Notes: generated by a model from the sequence alone, not told the origin. Positions 11,105-21,633 are shown, counted from the stretch's first letter. The stretch: 64,000 bases of DNA from an uncultured Gemmatimonadales bacterium (GCA_963821525.1 CAWGED010000010.1:128001-192000), one strand, 5' to 3'. Program-made: numbers and translations.

Positions 11105-11539
11105 ATGACAGCCAAAACCATTACCAGCCCAAACGTGAAGCAGGCGGTCCCCTTCTTCATGGTCACCGACATCGAAGCCTCGCTGCGGTTCTATGTTGAC
11201 GGCCTGGGTGCCGTGATGACCAACCACTGGATACCCGAAGGACACATCGAATGGTGCTGGCTTCAAATGGGCAACGCCGCGCTAATGCTACAGGAATACC
11301 GGCAACGCGAGCACCACGCCGGCAGGCCCGATGGCCCCCTCGGCCAGGGCGTCTCGGTCTGCTTCATGTGCGCCGACGCCCTCACGATCTATCACGAGCT
11401 GATTGCTCGCGGCATCGGCGCCCAGCGTCCCTTCGTCGGAAACGGACTGTGGGTCACATCGGTCCAGGACCCGGACGGCTATCGCCTGGACTTCGAAAGC
11501 CCAACTGATGTGCCGGAAGAGACGGTATACCAAGGCTAG
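11105..11539 (+). CDS. VOC family protein
   Basis: VTDIEASLRFY..DPDGYRLDFES. Confidence 0.9.
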   Translation: MTAKTITSPNVKQAVPFFMVTDIEASLRFYVDGLGAVMTNHWIPEGHIEWCWLQMGNAALMLQEYRQREHHAGRPDGPLGQGVSVCFMCADALTIYHELIARGIGAQRPFVGNGLWVTSVQDPDGYRLDFESPTDVPEETVYQG

Positions 11540-12379
11540 CTACGCCGCCTTCTTCACTGCGGATACCTGCGCCATCCGCGGCATGATGGCGACCACCGTT
11601 TCGTCCACCGCCGCGATCTCCATCGAAAGCAGCACATTGCGTAACGCCTGGGGAGTGAGAAGCCCGGCCTCGACCAGCGCAGGTCCAGCCTCCGCGACCG
11701 ACAGCTCCAACAGGCGCTTCTCCTCCCCGCGCGCAAAGGCCGGCTGGTTGAACGCGATATCGGGCGACGAAAAGCCCGCCGCCATCACCATCTGATACAG
11801 CCGGCGACCCAGCGTGTAGTCCACCTGCCGCGCCTGGCCCAGGGCGTTGAAGAGCTCCGCGAAGGCGCCGAGCGCAGACGGCGGCTCACTTCCCGCAGAA
11901 GTCAGGTCTCCATCCTCGCAGACCAGGATGCCGCCCGGCCGGAGCAGGCGATGCATCTCACCCAGCGCGGCTTCCGGTTCCACCAGGTGCAGCAGCAGAT
12001 ACCGGCAATAAACCAGATCGAACGAACCACTCGGCAACCTGGTTGAAAGGGCACTGGCCTCAACCCAGGAGACGTTTGCCAGCTGGAGTTGGTGGGCCAG
12101 CCGATGCGCCTCCGCCAGTTGCGCCCGGCTCACATCTACCCCGACCACGTGCCCCTTCACCCCGATAAGCTCCGCAAGATCGACCGTCACCTGTCCTACT
12201 CCGCAGCCGATATCGGCTACCCGCATTCCCGGCTTCAAACCGGCGAGCCCCAGAAAACGGCGCGTACCGGGACCATAGGCCCGATGCAGGACTCGAAGGC
12301 GATCCGCTCCAGCCTCTCCAGTGCCGAGCACATAGCGATCGACTTCGGCTGCTACTTCTTCCAATGCATCCACCGACAT
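11540..12379 (-). CDS. Class I SAM-dependent methyltransferase
   Basis: VADIGCGVG, SFDLVYCR, LRPGG. Confidence 0.9.
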   Translation of the reverse strand: MSVDALEEVAAEVDRYVLGTGEAGADRLRVLHRAYGPGTRRFLGLAGLKPGMRVADIGCGVGQVTVDLAELIGVKGHVVGVDVSRAQLAEAHRLAHQLQLANVSWVEASALSTRLPSGSFDLVYCRYLLLHLVEPEAALGEMHRLLRPGGILVCEDGDLTSAGSEPPSALGAFAELFNALGQARQVDYTLGRRLYQMVMAAGFSSPDIAFNQPAFARGEEKRLLELSVAEAGPALVEAGLLTPQALRNVLLSMEIAAVDETVVAIMPRMAQVSAVKKAA

Positions 12380-12554
12380 GACTACCTCCCATGATGAGGG
12401 GGAAGGATGTGGTCATGTACCGGGTCATTGGATCGGTGAGCAGACCTAGTCCGCTGTCAGCCTTCGTCCTACACGTATTCGCGACCAATCCTGGAGCTGC
12501 CGAACCCGGGCGCCGGTCGGTAGCTTGCGTCACCCAACATCCGACAAGGAATCG

Positions 12555-13772
12555 ATGCGTCCTGGCCTTTCTTTGGGTCTCGCGATCCTCATCGCGAGCT
12601 GCCATTCGGGTCCGGCGAGTACACCTCCACCCATCGCGACCGCCAGCCGGTATCTCTTTGTGTGGGCCGGGGACAAGGACAAGCAGCAGAGCGACTTCCT
12701 CGCCGTCATCGACATCGATCCCCGAAGCCCGACCTACGCCACCGTGCTGAAGACCGTCCCGGTCGGTGCCACAGGGACGATGGCTCACCATACCGAATAC
12801 GAAATGCCGGCGGACGGGATCCTCTGGGCGAGCGGGTTCATGGCGGGCCAGACCTACCTCTTCGACCTGCGCGACCCCACGAGCCCCAGGCTGCTCACCT
12901 CCTTCGGCGATGTGGGGCCGATGAGCCATCCGCACAGTTACTCGCGCCTCCCTAATGGGCACATCCTCGCCACCTTCCAGCACAAAATCGGTGGCGGGAC
13001 CGGGGGACTGGTCGAATTCGACTCGGTGGGACGAGTTGTCCGAACGGCTGAAGCTGCCGTCCCCGCGATCGACTCCACGATCCGGCCCTACAGCCTGGCG
13101 GTCCTCCCGGCGTTGGACCGGGTCGTGACCACCGCCAGCGACATGCATCTGTCGGTGCGGAGTCGAGCGGTGCAGGTGTGGCGGCTCTCGGACTTGAAGC
13201 TGTTACAGACGATCCTGCTGCCGCCGGGTCCGCGGGGTGACGAGAACTGGCTCACGGCCGAGCCGCGGGTGCTGTCCGATGGCCGCACGGTGCTGGTGAA
13301 CACCTTTACCTGCGGCTTGTATCGGATCGATGGGCTGGCCAGTGATTCGGCGACAGCGACGTGGGTGTATTCCACCCAATGGAGTGTTGATCGAATCTTT
13401 TGCGCAGTGCCGGTCGTAGCGGGGCGCTACTGGTTGCAACCGAGCGGACCGGAGCACGCAGTCGTGAGCCTGGACGTGTCCGACCCGAGTCATCCCCGTG
13501 AGGTCAGCAGACTCACGCTCGGGGCAAACGAGATCCCTCACTGGCTCGGCCTCGAGGCGGGTGGGGATCGGGTCGTAATCACCGGATACCGGGAGCTGGA
13601 GTCGCGAGTTGTGCTGGCCCACGTGGACCGCGCGACTGGTGCCCTGAGTCTCGATACGACGTTCAAGTCGCCCGGAGCCCAGAGAGTGGGCCTGGATCTC
13701 GGTCTGGTGCAGTGGCCTCACGGTCCCTCCGGACCCGCAATCCCGCACGGCGCGGTGTTCAGCAGGCCCTGA
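12555..13772 (+). CDS. Exported beta-propeller, selenium-binding protein (SBP56)-like lipoprotein
   Basis: IASC lipobox; DFLAVID.DP.SPTY, HH, HPHS, PHW, PHG motifs. Confidence 0.75.
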   Translation: MRPGLSLGLAILIASCHSGPASTPPPIATASRYLFVWAGDKDKQQSDFLAVIDIDPRSPTYATVLKTVPVGATGTMAHHTEYEMPADGILWASGFMAGQTYLFDLRDPTSPRLLTSFGDVGPMSHPHSYSRLPNGHILATFQHKIGGGTGGLVEFDSVGRVVRTAEAAVPAIDSTIRPYSLAVLPALDRVVTTASDMHLSVRSRAVQVWRLSDLKLLQTILLPPGPRGDENWLTAEPRVLSDGRTVLVNTFTCGLYRIDGLASDSATATWVYSTQWSVDRIFCAVPVVAGRYWLQPSGPEHAVVSLDVSDPSHPREVSRLTLGANEIPHWLGLEAGGDRVVITGYRELESRVVLAHVDRATGALSLDTTFKSPGAQRVGLDLGLVQWPHGPSGPAIPHGAVFSRP

Positions 13773-13801
13773 GTCGCAGACAAGAGGATAGAGGTGAGCT
13801 G

Positions 13802-14605
13802 ATGGCGAATCGGGTGGATCTCTTCGACAGCACCTACAGCAACTTCACCGAAGAGGTGCTGGACGCGATTCGGAAGGAGACTTTCGGCACCGACATCGGG
13901 CAGAACAGCTGGCTCACGGTTGACGAGTATGAGCGCTGGCTCCCCTGGCTCAACCTGAACGGGAAGAGCTATCTCCTCGAGATCGCCAGTGGTTCAGGCG
14001 GCCCGGCGCGTTATGTCGCTCGCAGTACGGGTTGTCACGTAATCGGCATCGATGCGAACGAGAGTGGCGTGGCCACCGCTTCACAGCTCGCCGCCGAGTC
14101 GGGCGATAGCGACCGGGTCAGCTTCAGAGTCGCCGATGCCACCGCTCCCCTGCCCTTCGTCCAGGGCTCCTTCGATGCGCTGCTCTGCATCGATTCCATG
14201 AATCACTTCCCCAATCGGCTGGCCGTCTTCCGGGAGTGGGCTCGCGTCCTCCGTCCCGGCGGTCGCGCGATCTTCACGGATCCGGTCCTCATCACCGGCC
14301 CGGTGACCAACGACGAGCTCGCCGGACGCAGCTCGATCGGGCTCTTCCTCTTCGTGCCACCCGGGGTCAACGAGCGATTGATCAAGGAGGCGGGCTTCCA
14401 TTTGGTGCGCCAGGAGGACGTCACCGCGAACGCGGCCCTGGTTTCCGGTCGCTGGCGCGACGCGCGAGCGGCGCATCGGACCGACCTGGTCCAGATCGAG
14501 GGCGAGGAGCGATTCGAGGGCCTGCAGAAATTCTTCGCCGCAGTACACCAGCTCACCAGTGAACGGCGCTTGTCGCGCATTCTCTACCTGGTGGAAAAAC
14601 CGTAA
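13802..14605 (+). CDS. Class I SAM-dependent methyltransferase
   Basis: DIGQNSW, LEIASGSGGP, VLRPGG; GAGG RBS. Confidence 0.9.
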   Translation: MANRVDLFDSTYSNFTEEVLDAIRKETFGTDIGQNSWLTVDEYERWLPWLNLNGKSYLLEIASGSGGPARYVARSTGCHVIGIDANESGVATASQLAAESGDSDRVSFRVADATAPLPFVQGSFDALLCIDSMNHFPNRLAVFREWARVLRPGGRAIFTDPVLITGPVTNDELAGRSSIGLFLFVPPGVNERLIKEAGFHLVRQEDVTANAALVSGRWRDARAAHRTDLVQIEGEERFEGLQKFFAAVHQLTSERRLSRILYLVEKP

Positions 14606-14657
14606 CCCTTGGATGCAGGATCACCCCATGTCTGGTTCCGCGCTTGGCGCCCCCTGG

Positions 14658-15422
14658 ATGTACTACCGGCGCTCCTGGTTGATCGCCCTGCCGATTGCAG
14701 TCGCATCCGCCTGTTCACACTCCGAGCCCGCGACCGTGGTGCCCGGCGTCGCCGTCCAGGTGGACCGGACACCGGGACCCGACACCGTGGTCTATGCCCG
14801 TTCGATAACTCGCGCCGGTCAGGATAGCGCGAGCGGTACTCGCACCGTCGTGCGACAGGTGATTCAGGGTACGGGTGGTACCCGGCTGCTGGAAGTGGAA
14901 CAGCGGTTCCCCGCCGGTGGCGGCGAGATCGTGGATACGGCTGTCGCCGATCTCAACACCATGCGCGCCGTGTCGCACCGCTCTCATCAGCCGACTCGCA
15001 CGATGCAGTTCACCTTCGTGGGAGACAGTGCCGTGGGAACGGTGTCGACCGCCAAGGGAGACTCCGCACCTCGGGTCGAGTCGGTTCGGCAAGGACTCGG
15101 CGGCCCGATCTTCGACTCCAATGTGATCGACCTGGTCGTCGCCGCACTCCCGCTTCATCCCCAGTTCGCCACCGAGCTGCCCTTCTTCATTTACGAGAAA
15201 GGCGGCCGGGTTCCGATGGCGGTCGAGGTACGCGAGCGTACGTCGGTCCAGTTCTCCAAACTGGGACCGCGCGACGTCTGGGTCGTGACCGTCGCCGTAC
15301 CGGGAGCGCCCGCGACGGTCTGGGTTGATACCCAAACCCGTGCCGTCCTCCGGGTCCGTTACGACATCAGCGATCGGAATCTGAGTTTCACCGACGAGCG
15401 GATAACGCCGCTGGCCGGGTAA
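14658..15422 (+). CDS. Putative lipoprotein (DUF3108-like beta-sheet fold); start uncertain
   Basis: VASAC lipobox; ATVWVD..TRAVLRVRY terminal strands. Confidence 0.6.
   Translation: MYYRRSWLIALPIAVASACSHSEPATVVPGVAVQVDRTPGPDTVVYARSITRAGQDSASGTRTVVRQVIQGTGGTRLLEVEQRFPAGGGEIVDTAVADLNTMRAVSHRSHQPTRTMQFTFVGDSAVGTVSTAKGDSAPRVESVRQGLGGPIFDSNVIDLVVAALPLHPQFATELPFFIYEKGGRVPMAVEVRERTSVQFSKLGPRDVWVVTVAVPGAPATVWVDTQTRAVLRVRYDISDRNLSFTDERITPLAG
15382..15422 (+). repeat. 41-bp direct repeat, copy 1
   Basis: TGAGTTTCACCGACGAGCGGATAACGCCGCTGGCCGGGTAA. Confidence 0.9.
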
Positions 15423-15443
15423 GAGACAAGCCACGGAGGATCC

Positions 15444-15728
15444 ATGAAGACCAGCTTGATCGCCAGCCTGCTCCTGCCGGCACTACCGATGGTCTCCGAT
15501 TCACTAAGCACTCAGGAGATGGCCATCCAGTGCTCGGCGTTGCCTGCGGCCGTACCGAAGGCATTGCTTGCCCAGAAAGACAAGACTCCGAAGGAGTGTA
15601 CTTCGGAGCGTGACAACGGGCAGACCTACTGCGAAGCTTCGTACGTGATCGACGGCCATTCCAAGGACCTGTTATTCGATACCACGGGAGCGGTCAGGGT
15701 ACCTTGGTGGCATACGAGGCCCACGTAA
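15444..15728 (+). pseudogene. PepSY-like exported protein remnant
   Basis: Signal peptide, LPAAV..ERDNGQTYCEA..DLLFDTTG; out-of-frame GTLVAYEAHV tail. Confidence 0.55.
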
Positions 15729-15744
15729 GCCGAAAACTGGAAGA

Positions 15745-15785
15745 TGAGTTTCACCGACGAGCGGGTAACGCCACTGGCCGGGTAA
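15745..15785 (+). repeat. 41-bp direct repeat, copy 2 (39/41 identical)
   Basis: TGAGTTTCACCGACGAGCGGGTAACGCCACTGGCCGGGTAA. Confidence 0.9.
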
Positions 15786-15797
15786 CGAGTACTAGAA

Positions 15798-16190
15798 ATG
15801 AATCTCAATCAGGTGACACTTCCGGCGGTGGACGTTGGTCCTTCCGTGGACTTTTACCGCCGGCTCGGCCTTCGCCTGATCGTCGAGGATCTGCCCCGCT
15901 ATGCGCGTTTCGAGCTCCCCGACGGCGAGAGCACCCTATCGATCGAGCAGGTGTCCGAGGCCACAGCAGGCCATGGGCCTGTGGTCTACTTCGAGTGCGA
16001 GGATCTGGATCAGACCGTCCACCGGCTCAGAGCGAAGGGAGTCGAATTCGACAGTCTGCCCCTTGATCAGCCGTGGCTATGGCGAGAGGCTCGGCTGCGG
16101 GATCCTGGGGGAAATACCCTCTGCCTGTATTGGGCTGGCCGAAATCGCCGCTACCCACCATGGCGGCTAGCAGGAGAGAGCCGGGAATAA
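15798..16190 (+). CDS. VOC family protein
   Basis: MNLNQVT..SVDFYRRLG..QPWLWREARLRDPGGN. Confidence 0.92.
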   Translation: MNLNQVTLPAVDVGPSVDFYRRLGLRLIVEDLPRYARFELPDGESTLSIEQVSEATAGHGPVVYFECEDLDQTVHRLRAKGVEFDSLPLDQPWLWREARLRDPGGNTLCLYWAGRNRRYPPWRLAGESRE

Positions 16191-16209
16191 ACTCATCGCC
16201 CCGTGAGTC

Positions 16210-16659
16210 ATGTCGGGTGGACGCACTTCGCATCCACTCGAACCTGTAAGGGGGGATATTCCCGTGTCGTTTGTCGCACTGTCGTTCCACCTTGTCACAC
16301 TGGCCGCATCGAGCATCGCTCCATCGCCCGCCGAGATCCAGGTGCAACTGTCGGAATGGAAAATCCAATTGTCCGCGGCTTCGGTCCCTGCGGGACCGGT
16401 GCGCTTCATCGTCCATAATGGTGGCAGCATTCCTCACGGCTTCGAGGTCGAAGGTCGCGGGTTGGAGAAGGAGATCGAGCTCATCCAGCCCGGGGCCAGC
16501 GACACTCTGGAACTCCAGCTCGAGACGGGGAGTTATGAGATCTATTGCCCGGTCGGCGGTGTTAGTCACAAGAACCTCGGCATGGAGACCGGCCTCACGG
16601 TAACCGGAGCCAGCGCCGGGGCGGCGATGAAGGCGGACGAATCGATGAAAGCAGCATGA
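16210..16659 (+). CDS. Cupredoxin domain protein (start uncertain)
   Basis: HNGGSIPH..YCPVGGVSHKNLGM type-1 copper ligands. Confidence 0.8.
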   Translation: MSGGRTSHPLEPVRGDIPVSFVALSFHLVTLAASSIAPSPAEIQVQLSEWKIQLSAASVPAGPVRFIVHNGGSIPHGFEVEGRGLEKEIELIQPGASDTLELQLETGSYEIYCPVGGVSHKNLGMETGLTVTGASAGAAMKADESMKAA

Positions 16660-16695
16660 GGCGATGAAGCCGAGGGCAATGAGGCCGGGTGAGCG

Positions 16696-17364
16696 ATGGC
16701 TATGTCTTCCACGAAGGCGATTGCCGTCGAGGGCGGTGGTCCGGTCATCCAGATCCTTCCCGGCCCCTTCCCCTTCCCCGACAGCGCGGCGCCGGTCCTC
16801 AAGGCCTTCGGCGATGAGCGTGAGGGACTCGAGTCTCAGGTGAAGAGTGGGCCCTATTCCAATAATGTCACGCCGATCTCAGGACGATTCAGCTTCACCG
16901 CCTGGGATCTCGGCTCAAGCCGTGACTCGGTGGATGGCAACGCGACTTTCGTGACGAAGGACGGAAGCCATTGGCGGCTCCGGCTGGACCGGGTACAGAC
17001 AAAGGATGTCCCACATCACCCTCGGTTCGGAGGCGTGATCATGGGACTCTACTACCACGGGAATACCCAGGTTCACACCCCGCTGGTCCCGACCATCAAC
17101 AGCAAAGTGGCGCTCTGGGCCGTCGGGCATCTCTACCGTGACGACACCCTGGTGACCGACAACGCCCAGGTGCACGTGATGTTGCTCTCCCGCACCCGCC
17201 GCCCCGGCAATTGGGCGCTCGACTGCTGGGACTGCTCTCGTAATCCAATTGAGGAGCTACAGCTCCAGATCCTGCCTGGTCCAGGCGAGCCGAAGTTCGA
17301 TGCGCCGGGCGGGTTCCTGTTTGTGAACTGGGAGAAGTCCAGCGCGAACGTGCCGGCCAATTAG
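16696..17364 (+). CDS. Hypothetical beta-rich protein, possibly the C-terminal half of the cupredoxin gene
   Basis: In frame with the upstream ORF; PHHPRFGGV, YHGNTQVH, CWDC. Confidence 0.65.
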   Translation: MAMSSTKAIAVEGGGPVIQILPGPFPFPDSAAPVLKAFGDEREGLESQVKSGPYSNNVTPISGRFSFTAWDLGSSRDSVDGNATFVTKDGSHWRLRLDRVQTKDVPHHPRFGGVIMGLYYHGNTQVHTPLVPTINSKVALWAVGHLYRDDTLVTDNAQVHVMLLSRTRRPGNWALDCWDCSRNPIEELQLQILPGPGEPKFDAPGGFLFVNWEKSSANVPAN

Positions 17365-17486
17365 GCGGGCGGGTGGGTCTCCCAGCCGTGCTGCCGATGC
17401 CGGACATTTCAGCCGCAACGAACCACCGCCCCGTCTCGCATTTGCGCGGCAGGGCGGTGGCAACATCGTCCCGGCCGGGAGAACGG

Positions 17487-18018
17487 TTGATTCAAAGCCC
17501 GCCCACCCGATTCGAAGCGCTGGTGCTGCCGCACCTCGACGCCGCCTACACCCTGGCGCGCTATCTCATGCGTGACACTCATGACGCGGAGGACGCGACC
17601 CAGGAGGCGATGCTCAAGGCACTCAGGAACGTCGACCAGTGTCGCAGCGATGACGCGCGACCCTGGCTCTTGGCCATCATTCGCAACACGTGCCACACCC
17701 ATCTGCGCCGACGCGGCGACCGCTGCCGGGGAGATGTCTCCTTCGATGAAACTTGCACAGCCGCTGAAGGAGACGCCCGTCAGCCCGATACGGCGCTGAT
17801 CCGTGCCGCTGACGCGGAGCGGTGCACCGGCGCTCGCTGCGTTCCCACTCGTCTTTCGCGAAGTGGTCGTGCTGCGTGAACTGCAGGGCCTTTCCTATAG
17901 GGAGATCGCCGAGGTGGCGGATGTGCCGGTCGGCACGGTGATGTCTCGCCTGGGCCGGGCGCCGAGACCGGTTGGAGCTGTTACTCGGCGGAGCAGCGGG
18001 GAAGGAGGGACGGGATGA
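17487..18018 (+). pseudogene. ECF sigma-70 factor, frameshifted
   Basis: LPHLDAAYTLARYL..DAEDATQEA; other frame FREVVVLRELQGLSYREIAE..GTVMSRL. Confidence 0.8.
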
Positions 18019-18810
18019 ACTGCGACGACGTGCGGGTCCGGTTGGACGCCACGGGTGGATGACGAGCTGGCGGCGGGAGAGCGGCGGAGTCGACGCCCAT
18101 GTGGGGCGTGCGCCGACTGCAAGGCCCTCCAGGAACGAAGGATCGCATTCGCGAGGTGCTCGCGCGCGAGCTGCCCCGGTTCTCGAAGCGCCCGACACCC
18201 TGCGCCAGCGAATTGGAGTGCGGTCGGCGCGAGAGGCGACCGAAGGCACATGAGCGGGCGACGAGGCGGATAAGCCGCGGCTGGGGGCCTCGCCCTGGCG
18301 GCGAGTCTCGCGATTGTCGCGGCAGGAAGCTGGCAGCTGGCGACCACACGGGCGAATGCCGAGATGTTGACCCAAACGGTGCTGGAGAGTCACATCCGGT
18401 CGCTGATCGGCGAGCATCTCACCGACGTCGCGAGCAGCGATCTGCATACCGTGAAACCCTGGTTCAATGGCCGGCTGGACTTTTCGCCTCCGGTCTACGA
18501 CTTCGCCGGCCGGGGATATCCCCTTTTGGGCGGGCGGTTGGAGTACGTCGGCGAGCGGAAAGTGGCCGCCCTGGTCTACGGGCGCCGCAAGCACGTCATC
18601 AACGTCTTCCTCTGGCCGGCCGACGCCGGTATGGCACAAGGGCCCCCGGCCTCGACTCGCCACGGCTATCACCTGCTGCACTGGAATGGGCCCGACTTCA
18701 CCTACTGGGTTGTATCCGACCTTGGTACCACGGAGCTGCAGGAATTCGCCGGGCTCCTGAAGGATGCCGACTCGGCGGCGGCGGCGCTCTGCCAACGAGC
18801 CAATGATGCT
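18015..18810 (+). pseudogene. Zinc-finger transmembrane anti-sigma factor, multiply frameshifted
   Basis: MNC.., H..CADC fragment; SSDLHTVKPWFNGRLDFSPPV, LLGGRLEY, YWVVSDL. Confidence 0.8.
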
Positions 18811-19570
18811 AAGGCGTCGGGAATTCCTGGCTCTGGCGGCCGGAAGCGTGGCGGCCGCCCCACTCTGTGGGCGGACGATCTCTCAGGCCTCGGTCGCGCC
18901 GAGGGTCAAAGCCCTCACGTTCGACGCCTTTGCGATCTTCGACCTTCGCCCGGTCTTCGCGCTGGCAGACAGCTCTTGTCCGGCCATGGGGACCGAGTTG
19001 AGCAATGCCTGGCGAATCAGGCAATTCGAGTACCAGTGGCTCCGTGCTTGGCGGGTCGTACGCCGATGTTCGGCGGACCACCGAGGATGCATTGGCCTTT
19101 GCCGCGAACCAGTTGAGGCTCGATCTCACGTGGGAAAAGCGCGAGCACCTGATGCAGGCGTATCTGGAGCTGACCGCCTGGCCCGATGTCCGTCCCGCCC
19201 TGCTGTCCCTTCGGCGGGCTGGTATCCGGCTGGCAGTCCTCTCGAACGCAACGACGGAGATTCTCGACGCTGGAATCAGGAACCAGAGCTGGAAGGAATC
19301 TTCGAGCAGGTCCTGAGCGTCGACCGACTCCGAACGTTTAAGCCTCGTCCCCGAGCCTATCAGGCGGCAATCGATGCGTTGGGACTCCCCAGCCAGCAAA
19401 TTGGCTACGTGGCGTATGCCGGTTGGGATGCGGCGGGAGCGAAGTGGTTCGGCTATCCGACCTCTGGGTCAATCGGCTGAACCTGCCGGTCGAAGAGCTC
19501 GGCGCCCCGCCTGACGGAATTGGGAGCGACCTGGATGACCTGGTCCATTTCGTTGGCGTCAGCTCCTGAG
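18803..19570 (+). pseudogene. Haloacid dehalogenase type II with Tat-like leader, frameshifted
   Basis: RRREFL, FDAF, WRIRQFEYQW, AVLSNAT, FKP, AGWDAAGAKWFG in shifting frames. Confidence 0.8.
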
Positions 19571-19639
19571 ACCCGGCCGGTCACCCTTCAGCGTTCGTCA
19601 AGCGTCTCCGAACCTCGTGTCGGTGCAGGGATCGGCGGC

Positions 19640-20125
19640 TCAGGTGCCGCCGTCGAGCCGGTACTCGAGGTCGTAGCTGTGGGTCTTGCCTTCGATAATG
19701 ATCGTCATAGTGCCGGTGATCCCGGCCAACTCGCCCGTCCCCGACTCCGGCACCACGCTGACGTCCATCTTGTAGTTGGCGCCTCGGCTCATCGTTCCCC
19801 GGTGCATCAACAGAAAACTCCCCTGCTTCCCGTTGAGTGTGCCGGTCACCAGCTCCAAGGCAACGTAGGCCCCCGAGCCCTCCACCCCCTCCGCCTGAGC
19901 ACCGAGCATCTGGCCCTTGCTGCTGCCGTCGAGTTCGCCGTGGAACTGCTTGGCGAGAACGAGATGGCCGATTGGGCCTCCGGCACTGTCGGCAGCCGGG
20001 ATGGGCGTGACCTTGACGTCGAAGGATCCGCGAGCATGCATGCTGGTCTCTCCGGAGGTAATTCGAGGGGCTTGCTGGCCGGCCAGGTCGCCGAGCGCCA
20101 ATCCGGCGCCGAGCCACCCGATCAT
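19640..20125 (-). CDS. DUF3224 family protein
   Basis: ARGSFDVK, KQFHGELDG, GAYVALE, SGTGELAGITG. Confidence 0.88.
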   Translation of the reverse strand: MIGWLGAGLALGDLAGQQAPRITSGETSMHARGSFDVKVTPIPAADSAGGPIGHLVLAKQFHGELDGSSKGQMLGAQAEGVEGSGAYVALELVTGTLNGKQGSFLLMHRGTMSRGANYKMDVSVVPESGTGELAGITGTMTIIIEGKTHSYDLEYRLDGGT

Positions 20126-20237
20126 GACGCATAACCCTTCGCCTGGTTTGAGTTAACATACTGATCCCTTGAGTTCACGTTGTAGACCCATGATAGGGCC
20201 CGTGCCTCCGCCGGGTCTTGCAGAAACGCGACGCGAC

Positions 20238-21047
20238 ATGATTCGCCGCAAGGCAGAGCCCGCGAGGGGTGTCCTCAAGACCGCCGTGGTCGAGCCCCGG
20301 GGCCTCCGGCACGAGCGCTTCCATCCCTCGAGCGACCTGGACACCTGGGTCGAGCACTTCTGGGTGGTGGCTTGGGACTTTGGCGACGCGGGTCCCCAGC
20401 GGGTGGAGACGCTCCCCCACCCCAGCGTCCACATGATCTTCGAAGACGGGAAGAGCAGGATCAGCGGTATCGCGCGGGCCAGGTTTACCCGGATGCTGGA
20501 GGGGAGAGGCGGCGTGTTCGCGGTCAAGTTCCGGCCGGGAGGGTTCTATCCCTTCGCCGGCTTTCCTATCTCCAGCCTATCGGACAGGACGGTGGAGCTG
20601 GCGGAGGTCTTCGGTGCGGATGGTGAGAAGCTCGATCGCGCGGTGCTCGCGGAGGGCACCGACGACGGGCGCGTCGCCGTAATCGAGACATTTCTCCGTA
20701 ATCGCCGCCCTGCACCGGACGAGAACGTGACGCGACTCTCGGAGATGGTCTACGCCGTGGCCCGGGAGCGGGGGATCCTCAAGGTGGAGGACCTGGTCCA
20801 GCGGTACGGCGTCAACAAGCGCACCCTCCAGCGCCTGTTCGCCAAGTATGTCGGAGTAAGCCCCAAATGGGTAATCCAGCGGTACCGCCTGCACGAAGCG
20901 GCGGAACGGCTCGCGGCAGACAGAGAAGTCGGCCAGGCCGCGCTGGCACTGAGCCTGGGTTACACCGACCAGGCTCACTTCGTGAGGGATTTCAAGGCCA
21001 CCGTCGGCACCTCGCCGGCCGCCTACGCCCGGGCGCGCGGGAGCTGA
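20238..21047 (+). CDS. AraC family regulator
   Basis: RTLQRLF..VGVSPKW, LGYTDQAHFVRDF. Confidence 0.92.
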   Translation: MIRRKAEPARGVLKTAVVEPRGLRHERFHPSSDLDTWVEHFWVVAWDFGDAGPQRVETLPHPSVHMIFEDGKSRISGIARARFTRMLEGRGGVFAVKFRPGGFYPFAGFPISSLSDRTVELAEVFGADGEKLDRAVLAEGTDDGRVAVIETFLRNRRPAPDENVTRLSEMVYAVARERGILKVEDLVQRYGVNKRTLQRLFAKYVGVSPKWVIQRYRLHEAAERLAADREVGQAALALSLGYTDQAHFVRDFKATVGTSPAAYARARGS

Positions 21048-21051
21048 CCGG

Positions 21052-21633
21052 CTACCTCTGCATCGTCGCGACCAGCTCCTTGCACCCCGAGCCCCAGCGA
21101 GAGACGGATCTGATCGCCTGGGTGAACGGGACGTCCAGCGGATGCACCCGTTCCCGATCGAGCACGTAGACCGCTCCGGCAAACGGCGTCGGGACAGAGG
21201 GGACGAAGCACGTGTAGCGACCATCATCGAATTCCTCGATGATGAATCCGGGAACCAGGGCGTCCTCGATCTCGACGAGCGCCGGCTTCCACTCGGTCTC
21301 ATCACCCTTCCCCGCCAATCGCTGGGTCATGCTTCTGATGACCGCGTACCCGGGGATGCGCTCGAAGAACGAACGCTCGAGCTTCTCTATGAGCGCGCGG
21401 CCAGACCGGGTGCGGGCGGCGGCACCGATGAAGAAACAGATCAGCAGGACCAGAAGGAGCGAGAGCAGGCGTTCCGCGGGCAGCCACTCGGGGAGTAATC
21501 CAGCGAATGGCTTGACCAGTCGCCCCAGAGAAGCCGCCGCCTTGAGCATCAGCAGGATCGCCAGGTAGAGCGGGGCCACGATCAGTAGGCCGGCGACCAT
21601 AGACGCCACGATGAAGTTGAACAATCGTTTCAT
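21052..21633 (-). CDS. DUF502 family membrane protein
   Basis: RIPGY, FVPSVPTPFAG. Confidence 0.85.
   Translation of the reverse strand: MKRLFNFIVASMVAGLLIVAPLYLAILLMLKAAASLGRLVKPFAGLLPEWLPAERLLSLLLVLLICFFIGAAARTRSGRALIEKLERSFFERIPGYAVIRSMTQRLAGKGDETEWKPALVEIEDALVPGFIIEEFDDGRYTCFVPSVPTPFAGAVYVLDRERVHPLDVPFTQAIRSVSRWGSGCKELVATMQR

Noticed and set aside
16657..16692. Selenocysteine readthrough of two in-frame TGA codons
   Set aside because: They lie in a low-complexity linker better explained by compensating indels; no SECIS evident.
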